Assembly: GCA_964561945.1 (NCBI GenBank)
Contig: CAZLQM010000001.1
Coordinates: 25,655-89,654 of the forward strand
DNA length: 64,000 nucleotides
Direction of reading: 5' to 3'
Source: an uncultured Gammaproteobacteria bacterium
GTDB lineage: Bacteria; Patescibacteriota; Microgenomatia; CAYXHB01
The translations under genes and the position numbers were made by a program. Positions within the stretch are counted from its first letter, which is position 1, and the number at the start of each line of letters is the position of its first letter. The notes beneath the pieces were generated by a model. It saw only the letters and a program-made list of their open reading frames with translations, searched no databases and had not been told where the DNA came from. Shown piece by piece: positions 1 to 9,537 of the stretch.

Positions 1-886
1 TTTGTCCAAGATTGTATTTATCTGGATCTCGAGTTCGAAGACTAACTTTGACTAAGTTTAAATCTGTTTCTATAAAACTTGCTACGATTTCCCAGCCAAT
101 TACAGATTTCAAAATATTGGCAACTTCACTATTTTGAATGAGATTAAGATCAATATGGTGTTGGTGTAAGTCTTGTTGAGTTACATTTGAAATAATAATT
201 TTTGAATTTGAATATAATTCTAAGTGAGTTAATGCCAGACCAAGGTATTTGACCATATCTTGACGTTGATGATTGTTAAGTTCAAATAAATAATGTGGGA
301 AATTAGGATTTATCTCAGCTAATTTTGCTCCTGCTTGTAGTGTCTTGCTGGTTGTCCCTGGGTATTGGAAGCCACCCGTATCACTATGGATACCAACATA
401 TAAATTAGTAGCTATGTCTGGGGTTATGTTTAACTGCCATGATTGGAAAAGATAGAATAAAATTTCACAGACAGAAGGAGCGGACGGATCAACTAGATTA
501 ATATCTGCAAAACCTTGATTGGTAATGTGATGATCAATTACAATGGTTTGGAGATGGGAAGGAAAAGTTACAGGTGAAAATTTGGTTATTTGATTATAGG
601 ACGATGAATCTTGAATTATAAATAAATCAAATTGTGATAGATCTGTCTGGTGATACGACTGGGATAAAATATTTTTGTAACCTGGAAGGCAATTGAATAT
701 ATCAGATTTAGGCGTATCCCCGGAGATGATTTTGACTTGTTTATTTAATTGAAGTAAGCCCTCTGCCATTGCCAAAACCCCACCGACGCTATCTGCGTCA
801 GGGCTAGGATGGCAGTGCAAGAGAATACGATGTGATTGGTTAATCTTGTTTAAAATCTGATTTGATAATTGTGAAAAATCTTTCAT
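1..886 (-). CDS. nrnA: DHH-family phosphoesterase, NrnA-like (oligoribonuclease/pAp phosphatase); its 3' end runs off the window
   Basis: Minus-strand translation from the ATG at 886-884 reads MKDFSQLSNQILNKINQSHRILLHCHPSPDADSVGG...IIQDSSS...IDHHITN...YVGIHSDTGGFQYPGTT. DHH motifs I-IV are intact and the frame stays open to position 1. Confidence 0.7.
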   Translation of the reverse strand, partial: MKDFSQLSNQILNKINQSHRILLHCHPSPDADSVGGVLAMAEGLLQLNKQVKIISGDTPKSDIFNCLPGYKNILSQSYHQTDLSQFDLFIIQDSSSYNQITKFSPVTFPSHLQTIVIDHHITNQGFADINLVDPSAPSVCEILFYLFQSWQLNITPDIATNLYVGIHSDTGGFQYPGTTSKTLQAGAKLAEINPNFPHYLFELNNHQRQDMVKYLGLALTHLELYSNSKIIISNVTQQDLHQHHIDLNLIQNSEVANILKSVIGWEIVASFIETDLNLVKVSLRTRDPDKYNLGQ

Positions 887-888
887 GA

Positions 889-1836
889 TTATATAAAAAT
901 TTTGCCAGCTAAATATTTTCGCCATACTTCATACAACTCGGCTGTAGCAATGACATCACGAGATACATATTTTACGATTTCATTTAGTTTACCTTGATGA
1001 AATAATTTGGAAACCTCCATGCCTGACACCCCTAGTTGCTTGGGGTTGGAAATATTCAACGCTTTGCAGATTGTTTCTAGTTTGAAAGGTCGATTGTTAA
1101 GTCGAAATTTGTACGCCAAATCAACAAACTTATCGGCTGAACCCGAGGTTGGGAAAGGCACTTTGATTCGGTGGACTGCTGACCTGAATGTAAGAAATGG
1201 AAAATCAAAGCCAGTCCCGTTATATGTAACGAATCTTTGATACTGACTAGCAATATCCCAAAAATTGCTAATCATCTCTGCTTCAGTGGCAAAAGACTGG
1301 GAAGTGAAGTTGTCTACTTCTATTTTGGTTTTGTCTGGGGATAAATATAAAACCTTACCTTGATTGGAATTGGGATTATAAAGTCCTATGGTGAGTACAG
1401 ATCCATACATGGGATATAAGCCTGTGCGACCATATAATTGGCGTTTGGTTCCTTTGAAATCCCTCTCTAAATTGTTAATAAAATAATCTTTATCTGTTTT
1501 ATCTAATAAAGATAATGATTTACCAACTGTTTCAATATCAAAAACAAGAGTGGGCACTGGAATAAGATATGATTCAACATCTTCATCGGTTAATTTGGCT
1601 GATTTGATATTGATGATTTTTTCTTGTTGATAATTGTCTAAAACTCCCGTGATATGGAATACTCTACCTGGGATCAAGTGGACATTTGCCAAAGATTCTG
1701 TCCATACGCGAGCACTTGTTAATCCAGTGGCAGTGCTCAATTGAACATATTGGTACGTATCACCTGTAGCTGTTTTTTTTGAATCACAAGATATAACGGC
1801 AAATTTATTGTCGATTTGAGTTTGGAGTTCAACCAT
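889..1836 (-). CDS. 3'-5' exonuclease, PolB-exonuclease-domain-like (COG3298-type, RNase H-like fold)
   Basis: The 315-aa ORF has an Exo I-like motif 'LVFDIETVG' and an Exo II-like 'YNGTGFDFPFL'. Its stop lies 2 bp before the nrnA-like start, suggesting translational coupling. Confidence 0.55.
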   Translation of the reverse strand: MVELQTQIDNKFAVISCDSKKTATGDTYQYVQLSTATGLTSARVWTESLANVHLIPGRVFHITGVLDNYQQEKIINIKSAKLTDEDVESYLIPVPTLVFDIETVGKSLSLLDKTDKDYFINNLERDFKGTKRQLYGRTGLYPMYGSVLTIGLYNPNSNQGKVLYLSPDKTKIEVDNFTSQSFATEAEMISNFWDIASQYQRFVTYNGTGFDFPFLTFRSAVHRIKVPFPTSGSADKFVDLAYKFRLNNRPFKLETICKALNISNPKQLGVSGMEVSKLFHQGKLNEIVKYVSRDVIATAELYEVWRKYLAGKIFI

Positions 1837-1948
1837 AGTTATATTTTACATAGTATTTTGAAAAGAATGAGAGGTGTTTTCTGTAAGACAGGGAAGATTT
1901 AACCAAAGCACAATGACAGGGTTTACAAAACTAATATTATAGGATATA

Positions 1949-3496
1949 ATGTGCCGACTTATGTTACTGCTTTTGAATGGAAAAAAAATACTATTTGATT
2001 GGGCTACCGTTGTTACAACATTGTTGATGATTGTATTTGTGTTTATTGCTGGATCCAATCTACAATACAACACGGCATTTGTTGATGAAGCAATTTATGC
2101 GAATGTAGGGGAAGAGTTCATGAGACAAGCTTATTGGGATGCTCCATTGAGTTGGATGGGCGGATCGTATGCTTATCCAGTGATGAGTGCGACCATAAAT
2201 AGACTTTGGGGATTGTGGGGTATCCGAATGGCATCTACATTGATGGTGTTAGTTGTAGCTTGGTGTGTAGGAATAATTGGCAAACGCGTAGCCGGTAATT
2301 GGGGACGGCCTTTGGCTATTGGATTTTATCTTTTTTCCGCGCCGACATTGAGCGTGGCTCAATTGGCTACTTACGATGCTCCAAGTATGATGACTTTTAC
2401 AATTGGAGCTTTGGCTCTAATACTAAGTCTTGACCAGCGAGGCTGGAAGAAATATTTACTAATTACCCTGTCTGGTTTAATGGTAGGCGGATCTATATTA
2501 ATTAAATATGTAACCATTTTGGTAACGGCTCCTCTGGCTCTTTTGCATATTACTGCCAAAAAACAATGGTTTCTTGGCGGATTGTTTTGGGGGTGGATAT
2601 TAGTTGCGATGATTTCTCCATACGTATACTTAAACCATACTGATTTGTACGCATATGCCACAGGCGGTAATTCGATTGAAATTACATCACGATTGAGGAT
2701 CTTTTTACAAATGCTTGAGCAAATTCCATCTCAGTTTATGGGAGCTGTGCTAACAGCATTACTTTTGATTATTAATAGAAACAAAGGCAAAAAAGATAGA
2801 ATGTGGATGATTCTATTAATAGGTACTGCGCCAATAATTTACCATTTAGGATCAGGAAATATTAGATCATTTAATAAACATTTATCATTGGCGACAGTTA
2901 TGTGGGCACCTTTGTCTGCTTGGAGCACAATAACTATTTCGAAAATGTACAAACATTATCGTTTGTCACATGGTTTGGTTGCCAACAGTATGCAGTTAAT
3001 TAATTCAATTGTTTTGATTGCTATTTTTACCAGCTTATGGACAACTTTTAGTATCCATTGGAGGTTTGAACGATCATGGCCCTCGGCTAGTAAAACTGTA
3101 GAATATTTGGACAAAAGATTGAATACGGGCGACAAGGTTTTTGCAGAGGGGGCCGCAACATACAAGTATCATTTGTTTCGTGGCTTTGGTGATCCCTCTG
3201 CGTGGCCTAGCACTTGGTATTATCAGCGAGATGGCAAATACGGAACTGATGCGATGAAAGATGCTATCAAAAATCGCGAATTTAGATACATAATTCTTAA
3301 TAAATATTTTACAAGTGAAACCGATGAGGCTATACTGCCAACTGTTGTTGAAAATTATGAGCCTGTGTTCGAGGAAAAATATCTTCTATCAGGTGTGCAT
3401 GAAATGACTACTACCGTTTGGGAAAAGAAATCAAATTTGCAGTATGGATTTTTTGATTTGTTAGTTAAGTCAGATACACAGCCTAATTTAATTTAA
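1949..3496 (+). CDS. GT-C fold glycosyltransferase (ArnT/PMT-like, GT39/GT83 type), polytopic membrane protein
   Basis: The 515-aa ORF has many TM helices and a first-loop 'FVDEAIYANVG' DE motif typical of polyprenyl-phosphate-dependent GT-C enzymes. The start is ambiguous between the ATG at 1949 and the ATG at 1961, because a TATAAT-like box sits at about 1944-1949. Confidence 0.6.
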   Translation: MCRLMLLLLNGKKILFDWATVVTTLLMIVFVFIAGSNLQYNTAFVDEAIYANVGEEFMRQAYWDAPLSWMGGSYAYPVMSATINRLWGLWGIRMASTLMVLVVAWCVGIIGKRVAGNWGRPLAIGFYLFSAPTLSVAQLATYDAPSMMTFTIGALALILSLDQRGWKKYLLITLSGLMVGGSILIKYVTILVTAPLALLHITAKKQWFLGGLFWGWILVAMISPYVYLNHTDLYAYATGGNSIEITSRLRIFLQMLEQIPSQFMGAVLTALLLIINRNKGKKDRMWMILLIGTAPIIYHLGSGNIRSFNKHLSLATVMWAPLSAWSTITISKMYKHYRLSHGLVANSMQLINSIVLIAIFTSLWTTFSIHWRFERSWPSASKTVEYLDKRLNTGDKVFAEGAATYKYHLFRGFGDPSAWPSTWYYQRDGKYGTDAMKDAIKNREFRYIILNKYFTSETDEAILPTVVENYEPVFEEKYLLSGVHEMTTTVWEKKSNLQYGFFDLLVKSDTQPNLI

Positions 3497-3501
3497 TAAA
3501 T

Positions 3502-5145
3502 ATGTTAATTAAATCAAGTAATTATATCCAAAATAAGAATTGGCAACGGGTGCCTGGGGTTATGTTTCTAGTAACTGGATTGGTTTATCTAATTTGGTTA
3601 GTTATGAATCTCAACTATAACAACTTATTTATTGCATTGCCGTTTGGATTAGTACAAATGTTAACTTACTTGATTGTAGGGGTCTCGGTAATAAATAATT
3701 GGTCAAGTAATTACAGGAAGGATAGACCACAAAAAAATTTAATGCCAGACGTTGGTGTGATTATTCCAACATATGGCGAAACAATTCAAATAATTGAACC
3801 AACTATTTTATCGCTATTAAATTCTAATTATGAAGGGAAAATTGTAATTGTATTGTCTAATGATGAGCGAAGTGAGAAAAAGGAAGCTCAACTTGGGATG
3901 CTTGAACAACGTATAAGTAATCAACTTTTGGGACAGAATTATAAAGGAGAAAGAATCTTCTATTTAAGACATTCAATACCTCACAACCAAGCGAAGGCGG
4001 GAAATCTGAATCAAGCTATGGAGTTTATAAAATGGTTGCATCCGGAAATTGATTTGCTTATTACTGAAGATGCCGATGAAGTTGCTTATGCCGATTTTGT
4101 GGATGCTGTGGTGGGATATTTTGAAAACCCCAAAGTGGCTTACGTACAAACAATCAAACAATCATTAACGCATCCTAGTGATCCATTTGGTAATCAAGAC
4201 TTGATGTTTTATTGCAGAACTGCTGCATCAAGAGATGCGTGTAACTCAATGTTTTCGTGTGGATCTGGAGTCATGTGGAGAATTAAGGCTTTGGAAGATG
4301 TGGGTGGATTTAACACTTGGAACTTAGTTGAAGATCTAACAACTTCTTATGAAATGTTAAGTCGGGGATGGGAGTCAAGATTTCACTATGAACCAATGTC
4401 TGAGGGATTGGCACCAGAAGATTTGCCAAACTATATTAAACAACGCGGGACTTGGGCGATTGATACGATGAGGATTTTCTTCTGGAATAATCCTTTGGGC
4501 AAAAGAGGATTAACATGGAGACAGAAGTTGCAATTTTTGGAGCCGTGCTTGTTTTATATCAATGGATTTGTAACTACCAGTATGATTATTGTGGCTTCAC
4601 TAAGCTTATTGTTAGAAGCGTGGCCAACAAGCGCAAATGCTTGGAAGCATGGGTTGATGATGTTGCCTTACTTCTTGGCGATGGAAGCTTATTTCTTAAT
4701 TCTAGCTGGTAATATTTCATATTATCGAGTAAGACAAATGTGGGTAGGGCTGGCACCAGTATTTGTAAAGGCTGCAATAATTGCCCTGATTTATGGACCT
4801 AATAAAAAACCAAGATACAAAGTTACCCGTAAACAAAACCAGTATTCAAATTATTTATACATGGTTTGGCCACAGATTGGATTGTTGGGATTGCTAGTTG
4901 CGGGGTTAGTTAAAACTATTTTGACTACTCCACTCTATAGTGCTTTTGACTGGGGAGCAGTTTTCTGGAGTTTGTATTTGGCTTCTTTCTTAGTACAAAT
5001 CATTAAAATATCCTACTGGGGATGGCAACCTGTTTATCAGGTGAATGTATCAATGTTAGATCAGAAAATGTTGAGCAGAATTAAGAATGGCTTAACATCA
5101 ATAATTAGTGAAGCTCTACCTGTACAAATTACCAAAGAAGAGTAA
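3502..5145 (+). CDS. GT2 processive glycosyltransferase, cellulose-synthase-like (N- and C-terminal TM segments)
   Basis: Motifs 'VIIPTYGE', 'TEDADEV' (DxD) and a 'KQRGTWAIDTMRI' Q-x-x-R-W-like motif. Length is 547 aa with flanking TM helices. Confidence 0.7.
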   Translation: MLIKSSNYIQNKNWQRVPGVMFLVTGLVYLIWLVMNLNYNNLFIALPFGLVQMLTYLIVGVSVINNWSSNYRKDRPQKNLMPDVGVIIPTYGETIQIIEPTILSLLNSNYEGKIVIVLSNDERSEKKEAQLGMLEQRISNQLLGQNYKGERIFYLRHSIPHNQAKAGNLNQAMEFIKWLHPEIDLLITEDADEVAYADFVDAVVGYFENPKVAYVQTIKQSLTHPSDPFGNQDLMFYCRTAASRDACNSMFSCGSGVMWRIKALEDVGGFNTWNLVEDLTTSYEMLSRGWESRFHYEPMSEGLAPEDLPNYIKQRGTWAIDTMRIFFWNNPLGKRGLTWRQKLQFLEPCLFYINGFVTTSMIIVASLSLLLEAWPTSANAWKHGLMMLPYFLAMEAYFLILAGNISYYRVRQMWVGLAPVFVKAAIIALIYGPNKKPRYKVTRKQNQYSNYLYMVWPQIGLLGLLVAGLVKTILTTPLYSAFDWGAVFWSLYLASFLVQIIKISYWGWQPVYQVNVSMLDQKMLSRIKNGLTSIISEALPVQITKEE

Positions 5146-5985
5146 TCAGTTTTTTGAGATAACAATTATACGTTTGGGGGTGAAACTAGGGATATCAATA
5201 TGATCTCCGGTTGGGTAATCGCGAATAGACTGCCACAAATTTGAGCTAGTATAACGGAAATTACGGCCGTTACGCGTGCCTGGATCTTGAGTAATAAATT
5301 GTTTGGTGGAAATATCGTATCCGCTGATTACCAACATATGACGCTCGGGGCCTGGAGCTGTGAAGTTGGGGTTATTAAGCATTTGACCATCCATCGGGGC
5401 GATAATTAATTTGTTAGATTGTAGGATACGAACTAAATCATCTGATGAATCAGGAATGATAATCTTGATATTTTTTAATTGAAAGTATCCTCTGAGAATT
5501 CTGATAACTGTATCTTCTACTGATGTATCTACGAATGAACCAAAATTGTCACTTTGATATTGAGCTAATTTGATGATCGTGTCATTGGCAATTTGGGGGG
5601 TAAGTGGTAAGTCATGGACCCAAGAATAGGCAATTAGGCTGGATGTTTCTTCGCAAGCGTCTTGAAATCTAGCATCTGACCACTGAGCGAATGGCGCTTG
5701 GGATGCAAAAGGTGCGTCTATAATAATGGTTTTAATTGGGGGAGGTGTTGGTGTAGTTGGCGATGGAAGTGAAATCGTAACGACGGGTTGAGTAGGTAAA
5801 GGCATGGGAGTCGAGGTGGAGAAATTGAAGCTTGAATCAGGTGATGAATTACTACTCAATTGATATTGAGTGAGTAAGATGAAAATTGAAACAAGCAGTA
5901 TAAAAATAAGCAGAATCCAAACCAGATAAGGGGTTAATTGGAATCGGACTTGTTTATGATGAAAGGGTTTTGGTAAGTTCATCAA
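5146..5985 (-). CDS. membrane-anchored papain-like (peptidase C39-like) domain protein with a Pro/Thr-rich linker
   Basis: N-terminal TM helix, then a 'PTQPVVTISLPSPTTPTPPP' linker, then a domain with ordered candidate Cys ('QDACEETS'), His ('ERHMLVISGYD') and Asp. The family assignment is tentative. Confidence 0.4.
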   Translation of the reverse strand: MMNLPKPFHHKQVRFQLTPYLVWILLIFILLVSIFILLTQYQLSSNSSPDSSFNFSTSTPMPLPTQPVVTISLPSPTTPTPPPIKTIIIDAPFASQAPFAQWSDARFQDACEETSSLIAYSWVHDLPLTPQIANDTIIKLAQYQSDNFGSFVDTSVEDTVIRILRGYFQLKNIKIIIPDSSDDLVRILQSNKLIIAPMDGQMLNNPNFTAPGPERHMLVISGYDISTKQFITQDPGTRNGRNFRYTSSNLWQSIRDYPTGDHIDIPSFTPKRIIVISKN

Positions 5986-6652
5986 GTTGGTGTGAGCGCA
6001 AAGTAAGATTGGGATTTGAATTAATTATTTGACTAGCTTGTTTGAGATAGCTATCAAGTTGGGATGGTTGTTGGAAATGATGACTAAGTCTAGCAAGTCG
6101 CATGTAAGCGCCCGAAGTCCATACATCACGGTTATATTGATCTTCATCCAGTTTGGATAATTGTTGAGCTAAGGACTCCAAGGGAGGAATGACTTGCTCG
6201 TCTCCTGCCATGCCTTGGGCAAAGAGCAAATGGACTTGGAAATCAATTCTGACTGCGGGTCGATCATGATTTGGAGGCGGGGAAGCTACTAAAGCATCGA
6301 GGGCTTTTTGGTACCAAGTAATAGACTGGGGCCAATCAGTAAGAAATTTCTGGAAATATTTGCCACGGTTGAAGTAAGCAAGGGCCAAAGCTCTGGGGTC
6401 TTGGGAAGTTTCGGCAATGGCGATTGCCATTTGAGTTGCGTGGTCTGCTTGAATGGCAAGGGCTGATGATTGATCTTGAGTATATAAATGTTTGAAGACA
6501 TTAAAGCGAGAACACATAACTTCTGATGCACCCAGCAAATCGTTGTCTTGGATGTAAGAAATGAAAGCTCGATCAGTAAGTTCTAGTGCAGTAGTAAAAT
6601 CGCCTGATTCACGAGAGGTTTCAGCTTGGATGTGAAACTGGCGGTCGGTCAT
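5954..6652 (-). CDS. hypothetical all-helical (TPR-like) protein
   Basis: The 232-aa ORF has no recognisable catalytic motif. It overlaps the downstream peptidase gene by 32 bp, consistent with operon membership. Confidence 0.35.
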   Translation of the reverse strand: MTDRQFHIQAETSRESGDFTTALELTDRAFISYIQDNDLLGASEVMCSRFNVFKHLYTQDQSSALAIQADHATQMAIAIAETSQDPRALALAYFNRGKYFQKFLTDWPQSITWYQKALDALVASPPPNHDRPAVRIDFQVHLLFAQGMAGDEQVIPPLESLAQQLSKLDEDQYNRDVWTSGAYMRLARLSHHFQQPSQLDSYLKQASQIINSNPNLTLRSHQLDELTKTLSS

Positions 6653-6693
6653 GGGTAGATTATACGATATAAAATTGGCTGAAATTACATGAT

Positions 6694-7368
6694 CTATTCC
6701 AATAAAATGTCTAATCTTTTTATAATCTGCATTTGAGTTTGAACTGGTGCATCGGTATGATAAATGATATGAACTTGGTCTAGAATAATGGATTCGTTGA
6801 GTAACTCCTTTGTATCATTTTGAATGGCTTGAGTTAATGAATCTTGCCAATCTGTGTGTGAAATTCTCCCTAACGTAATATGGGGATTGTATTTATCGCG
6901 AGAGTAAATAAATCCATTTTGATATAGTCTTTCGATTTCAACTGGAGAAAATTTGTTTTGGGTTAGACGTTGGAAATCTTTTTGTCTAATTAATCCTTGA
7001 CTGCGATATTTAAGAAGTAAATCCATGAGTAAGTTATGCTGGTGGATAAGCCACTCTAGGTCTAGGGCTATTTTGATAAAATGAGCACCATCACGAGTGG
7101 GCTCAATTATGATTTGTCTAATTTTTAATTGCTTTGCAGTTTTCCATTGATTAACAAACTCAATAGCTTCATTAAAGGCTGGTTGATAGGAAGACTGAGA
7201 AATCGGTAAAAGAATCAGTCCAATATGAGGAGGCAAATCAAATGAGTTAGGCCACTTTTTTTGAAAATTAGTTTTTATTTGATCAATTAGTTTGGAATTG
7301 AGATCAAATCCAACTGATAGGATTGTATTGATTGGATGCCATTCGTACATAGCACTAGGAGTATACAA
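6694..7368 (-). CDS. 2H phosphoesterase superfamily protein (LigT / 2'-5' RNA ligase-like)
   Basis: Two H-x-T/S-like motifs ('PHIGLIL' and 'PHITLGRI') at the spacing expected for a 2H cyclic phosphodiesterase fold. Confidence 0.5.
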   Translation of the reverse strand: MYTPSAMYEWHPINTILSVGFDLNSKLIDQIKTNFQKKWPNSFDLPPHIGLILLPISQSSYQPAFNEAIEFVNQWKTAKQLKIRQIIIEPTRDGAHFIKIALDLEWLIHQHNLLMDLLLKYRSQGLIRQKDFQRLTQNKFSPVEIERLYQNGFIYSRDKYNPHITLGRISHTDWQDSLTQAIQNDTKELLNESIILDQVHIIYHTDAPVQTQMQIIKRLDILLE

Positions 7369-7395
7369 TATGCTTGTGACATACTTATATTAATG

Positions 7396-8922
7396 CTTGC
7401 CAAGGTTATCTCAGGAGCGGTGATTGGACTAGAGACGATGCCCATAACGGTGGAAGTAGATGTGTCTAACATGGGATTATTCCGATTTACGATCGTGGGG
7501 TTGCCTGATAAGGCGGTTGAAGAAGCAAGAGAACGAGTGATGAGTGCGACAAGAAATAGTAATGCGAGTTTTCCACAACATAGAATTACAGTGAACCTTG
7601 CTCCTGCTGATCTGCCTAAGATTGGCCCTGCTTATGATCTGCCAATTGCTCTGGGAATATTGCTAGCTCATGGAGAAATTGAAGCAGAGATTAATGATGC
7701 AATGTTTATCGGCGAACTTTCACTTGATGGTTCAATTCGACATACGAACGGGGTTTTGCCTTTGGCGATTTTGGCAAAGGATATGGGTTTAAAAAGAATC
7801 TTCGTACCTAGTGTTGATGCTCGTGAGGCATCAGTAGTGTCTGGAATCGAAATTGTCGGATTGGAATCTCTAGTTCAGCTGTTGCAAATTCTTACAGGTA
7901 AAGTTGAAGCTCCAATTCATGGTTATACTCCATATGTGAAATTATTAACTGAGTTATCAAGTAGTATTTTTGATTTTGCGGATGTCAAAGGTCAAGAGCA
8001 AGCCAAAAGAGCTATGGAAATAGCGGCGGCTGGTCATCACAATATCATGTTGCATGGCGTACCCGGAGCAGGCAAAACTATGCTGTCTCGAGCCTTGCCT
8101 TCGATACTACCTTCGATGGATGAGTCAGAAGCTCTAGAAGTAACTAAGATCTACTCAGTGACGGGAAATTTGCCAAGTGAGAAGTCATTGATGACTGTTC
8201 GGCCTTTTCGTTCGCCTCACCATACTACGAGTCGAATCGGATTAATCGGGGGTGGCAGTCATCCCATGCCTGGAGAAATTTCGCTAGCACATCGCGGAGT
8301 GTTGTTTTTGGACGAATTACCTGAGTTCCCCAGAGATGTTTTGGAGGCTTTGCGACAACCATTGGAAGATGGAATCATAACAATTTCAAGAGCAGCAGGA
8401 ACAATTGCCTACCCTGCTGAGTTTTTGTTAGTTGCAGCGGCTAATCCTTGTCCTTGTGGTTATTATGGTAGTTCATCAAGAGCTTGCACTTGTCCTGCGG
8501 GTCAAATTAGTCGTTATCAGAAAAAATTGTCAGGTCCTTTGCTTGATCGAATTGATTTGCATGTACAAGTTAATTCCGTTCCGTTGGACAAATTAACGAG
8601 TATTGAAGAAGGTGAAAATTCAACCAATATCAGAACTCGAGTAGAAAAGGCTCGCGTGATGCAAAGGAAAAGATTTGAAAATCTGAAACTGCATGCTAAT
8701 GGACAAATGTCCAGCCAACATGTGAGGAAAATCTGTTTACTAGATAAGGAGAGTGAGTCTCTTCTCAAGCGAGCAGCTGATCAGTTACACTTATCAGCAC
8801 GGGCTTATTTTAGAATTATAAAAGTAGCACGAACAATTGCAGATTTATCAGAGTCAGAAGATATTGCTAAACCCCACATCGCTGAGGCATTACAGTATCG
8901 AACAATGATTCAAAATTTATAG
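7396..8922 (+). CDS. yifB: YifB/ComM family Mg-chelatase-like AAA+ ATPase
   Basis: 'MLAKVISGAVIGLE' N-terminus, Lon-protease-like N-domain, Walker A 'GVPGAGKTML' and a Cys cluster 'CPCGYYGSSSRACTCP'. I moved the start from the ORF-track position 7336 to 7396 to match the family N-terminus and avoid overlapping the opposite-strand gene. Confidence 0.85.
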   Translation, partial: LAKVISGAVIGLETMPITVEVDVSNMGLFRFTIVGLPDKAVEEARERVMSATRNSNASFPQHRITVNLAPADLPKIGPAYDLPIALGILLAHGEIEAEINDAMFIGELSLDGSIRHTNGVLPLAILAKDMGLKRIFVPSVDAREASVVSGIEIVGLESLVQLLQILTGKVEAPIHGYTPYVKLLTELSSSIFDFADVKGQEQAKRAMEIAAAGHHNIMLHGVPGAGKTMLSRALPSILPSMDESEALEVTKIYSVTGNLPSEKSLMTVRPFRSPHHTTSRIGLIGGGSHPMPGEISLAHRGVLFLDELPEFPRDVLEALRQPLEDGIITISRAAGTIAYPAEFLLVAAANPCPCGYYGSSSRACTCPAGQISRYQKKLSGPLLDRIDLHVQVNSVPLDKLTSIEEGENSTNIRTRVEKARVMQRKRFENLKLHANGQMSSQHVRKICLLDKESESLLKRAADQLHLSARAYFRIIKVARTIADLSESEDIAKPHIAEALQYRTMIQNL

Positions 8923-8924
8923 AT

Positions 8925-9512
8925 ATGTATATCGATATTTCAATTCCGGTTAAATTGGAAGTTTCTAATTCGAAAGCAAATGCTTTTGATGAAATACCAA
9001 CTCATTCAATATTCATTGATCAACACATGGTTTTTGGCACTCATTTGGATTTGCCGAATGTCGGGGCTGAAATAGTTGAGTTTGATAATCTGGTTGGTGA
9101 GTGTCTAGTGGTTAAAATTCCTGAATCTGCCAAAGCTGTTGAGCTGGGTCATTTATTGAAATTGCCTTTGATTCCTGGAGGTCGAGTAATTTTTAAAACA
9201 AAAAATTCTTCGGGTTGGCAAAGGGCTGGATATCCGCCTAATCCAATTGGGATTGATATTCGAGCCGCACAGTTTTTGGCTGATAGGAAATTGAAATTAA
9301 TTGGCGTTGATGGCTGGTCTGTGGATAAGAAAGATGACCCAAATCTAATAAGCCATACGTTGTTATTAGAAAGTGGAAGCTATTTGTTAGAAAGCTTGTA
9401 TTTGGACCACGTAGCACCGGGAAATTATCAAGTGTTGGCATTGCCGTTGATGATCCAAGGCGCTAGGATAGTTCCCTGTCGGGCAGTCTTGCAAAAGGAA
9501 GACAGATTATAA
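8925..9512 (+). CDS. cyclase-family metal-dependent hydrolase (kynurenine formamidase / isatin hydrolase-like)
   Basis: 'HMVFGTHLDLPNVG' resembles the HxGTHxDxPxH metal-binding motif of the putative-cyclase family. The start is 2 bp after the yifB stop. Confidence 0.5.
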   Translation: MYIDISIPVKLEVSNSKANAFDEIPTHSIFIDQHMVFGTHLDLPNVGAEIVEFDNLVGECLVVKIPESAKAVELGHLLKLPLIPGGRVIFKTKNSSGWQRAGYPPNPIGIDIRAAQFLADRKLKLIGVDGWSVDKKDDPNLISHTLLLESGSYLLESLYLDHVAPGNYQVLALPLMIQGARIVPCRAVLQKEDRL

Positions 9513-9537
9513 AGTGAAACGGAAGAAAAAGACTAAC

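Noticed and set aside
1007-1240. Nested or antisense small ORFs (60-120 aa) inside confidently assigned genes, e.g. 1007-1240, 2371-2661, 9641-9919, 39163-39405, 44215-44603, 46126-47366, 48762-49298, 52395-52700
   Set aside because: Each is fully contained in a longer ORF with strong family motifs on the other strand or frame, and the translations have no recognisable features.
7336-7395. ORF-track N-terminal extension of yifB (MPFVHSTRSIQYACDILILM...)
   Set aside because: It overlaps the convergent 2H phosphoesterase gene, and the family-typical N-terminus 'MLAKV' begins at 7396.
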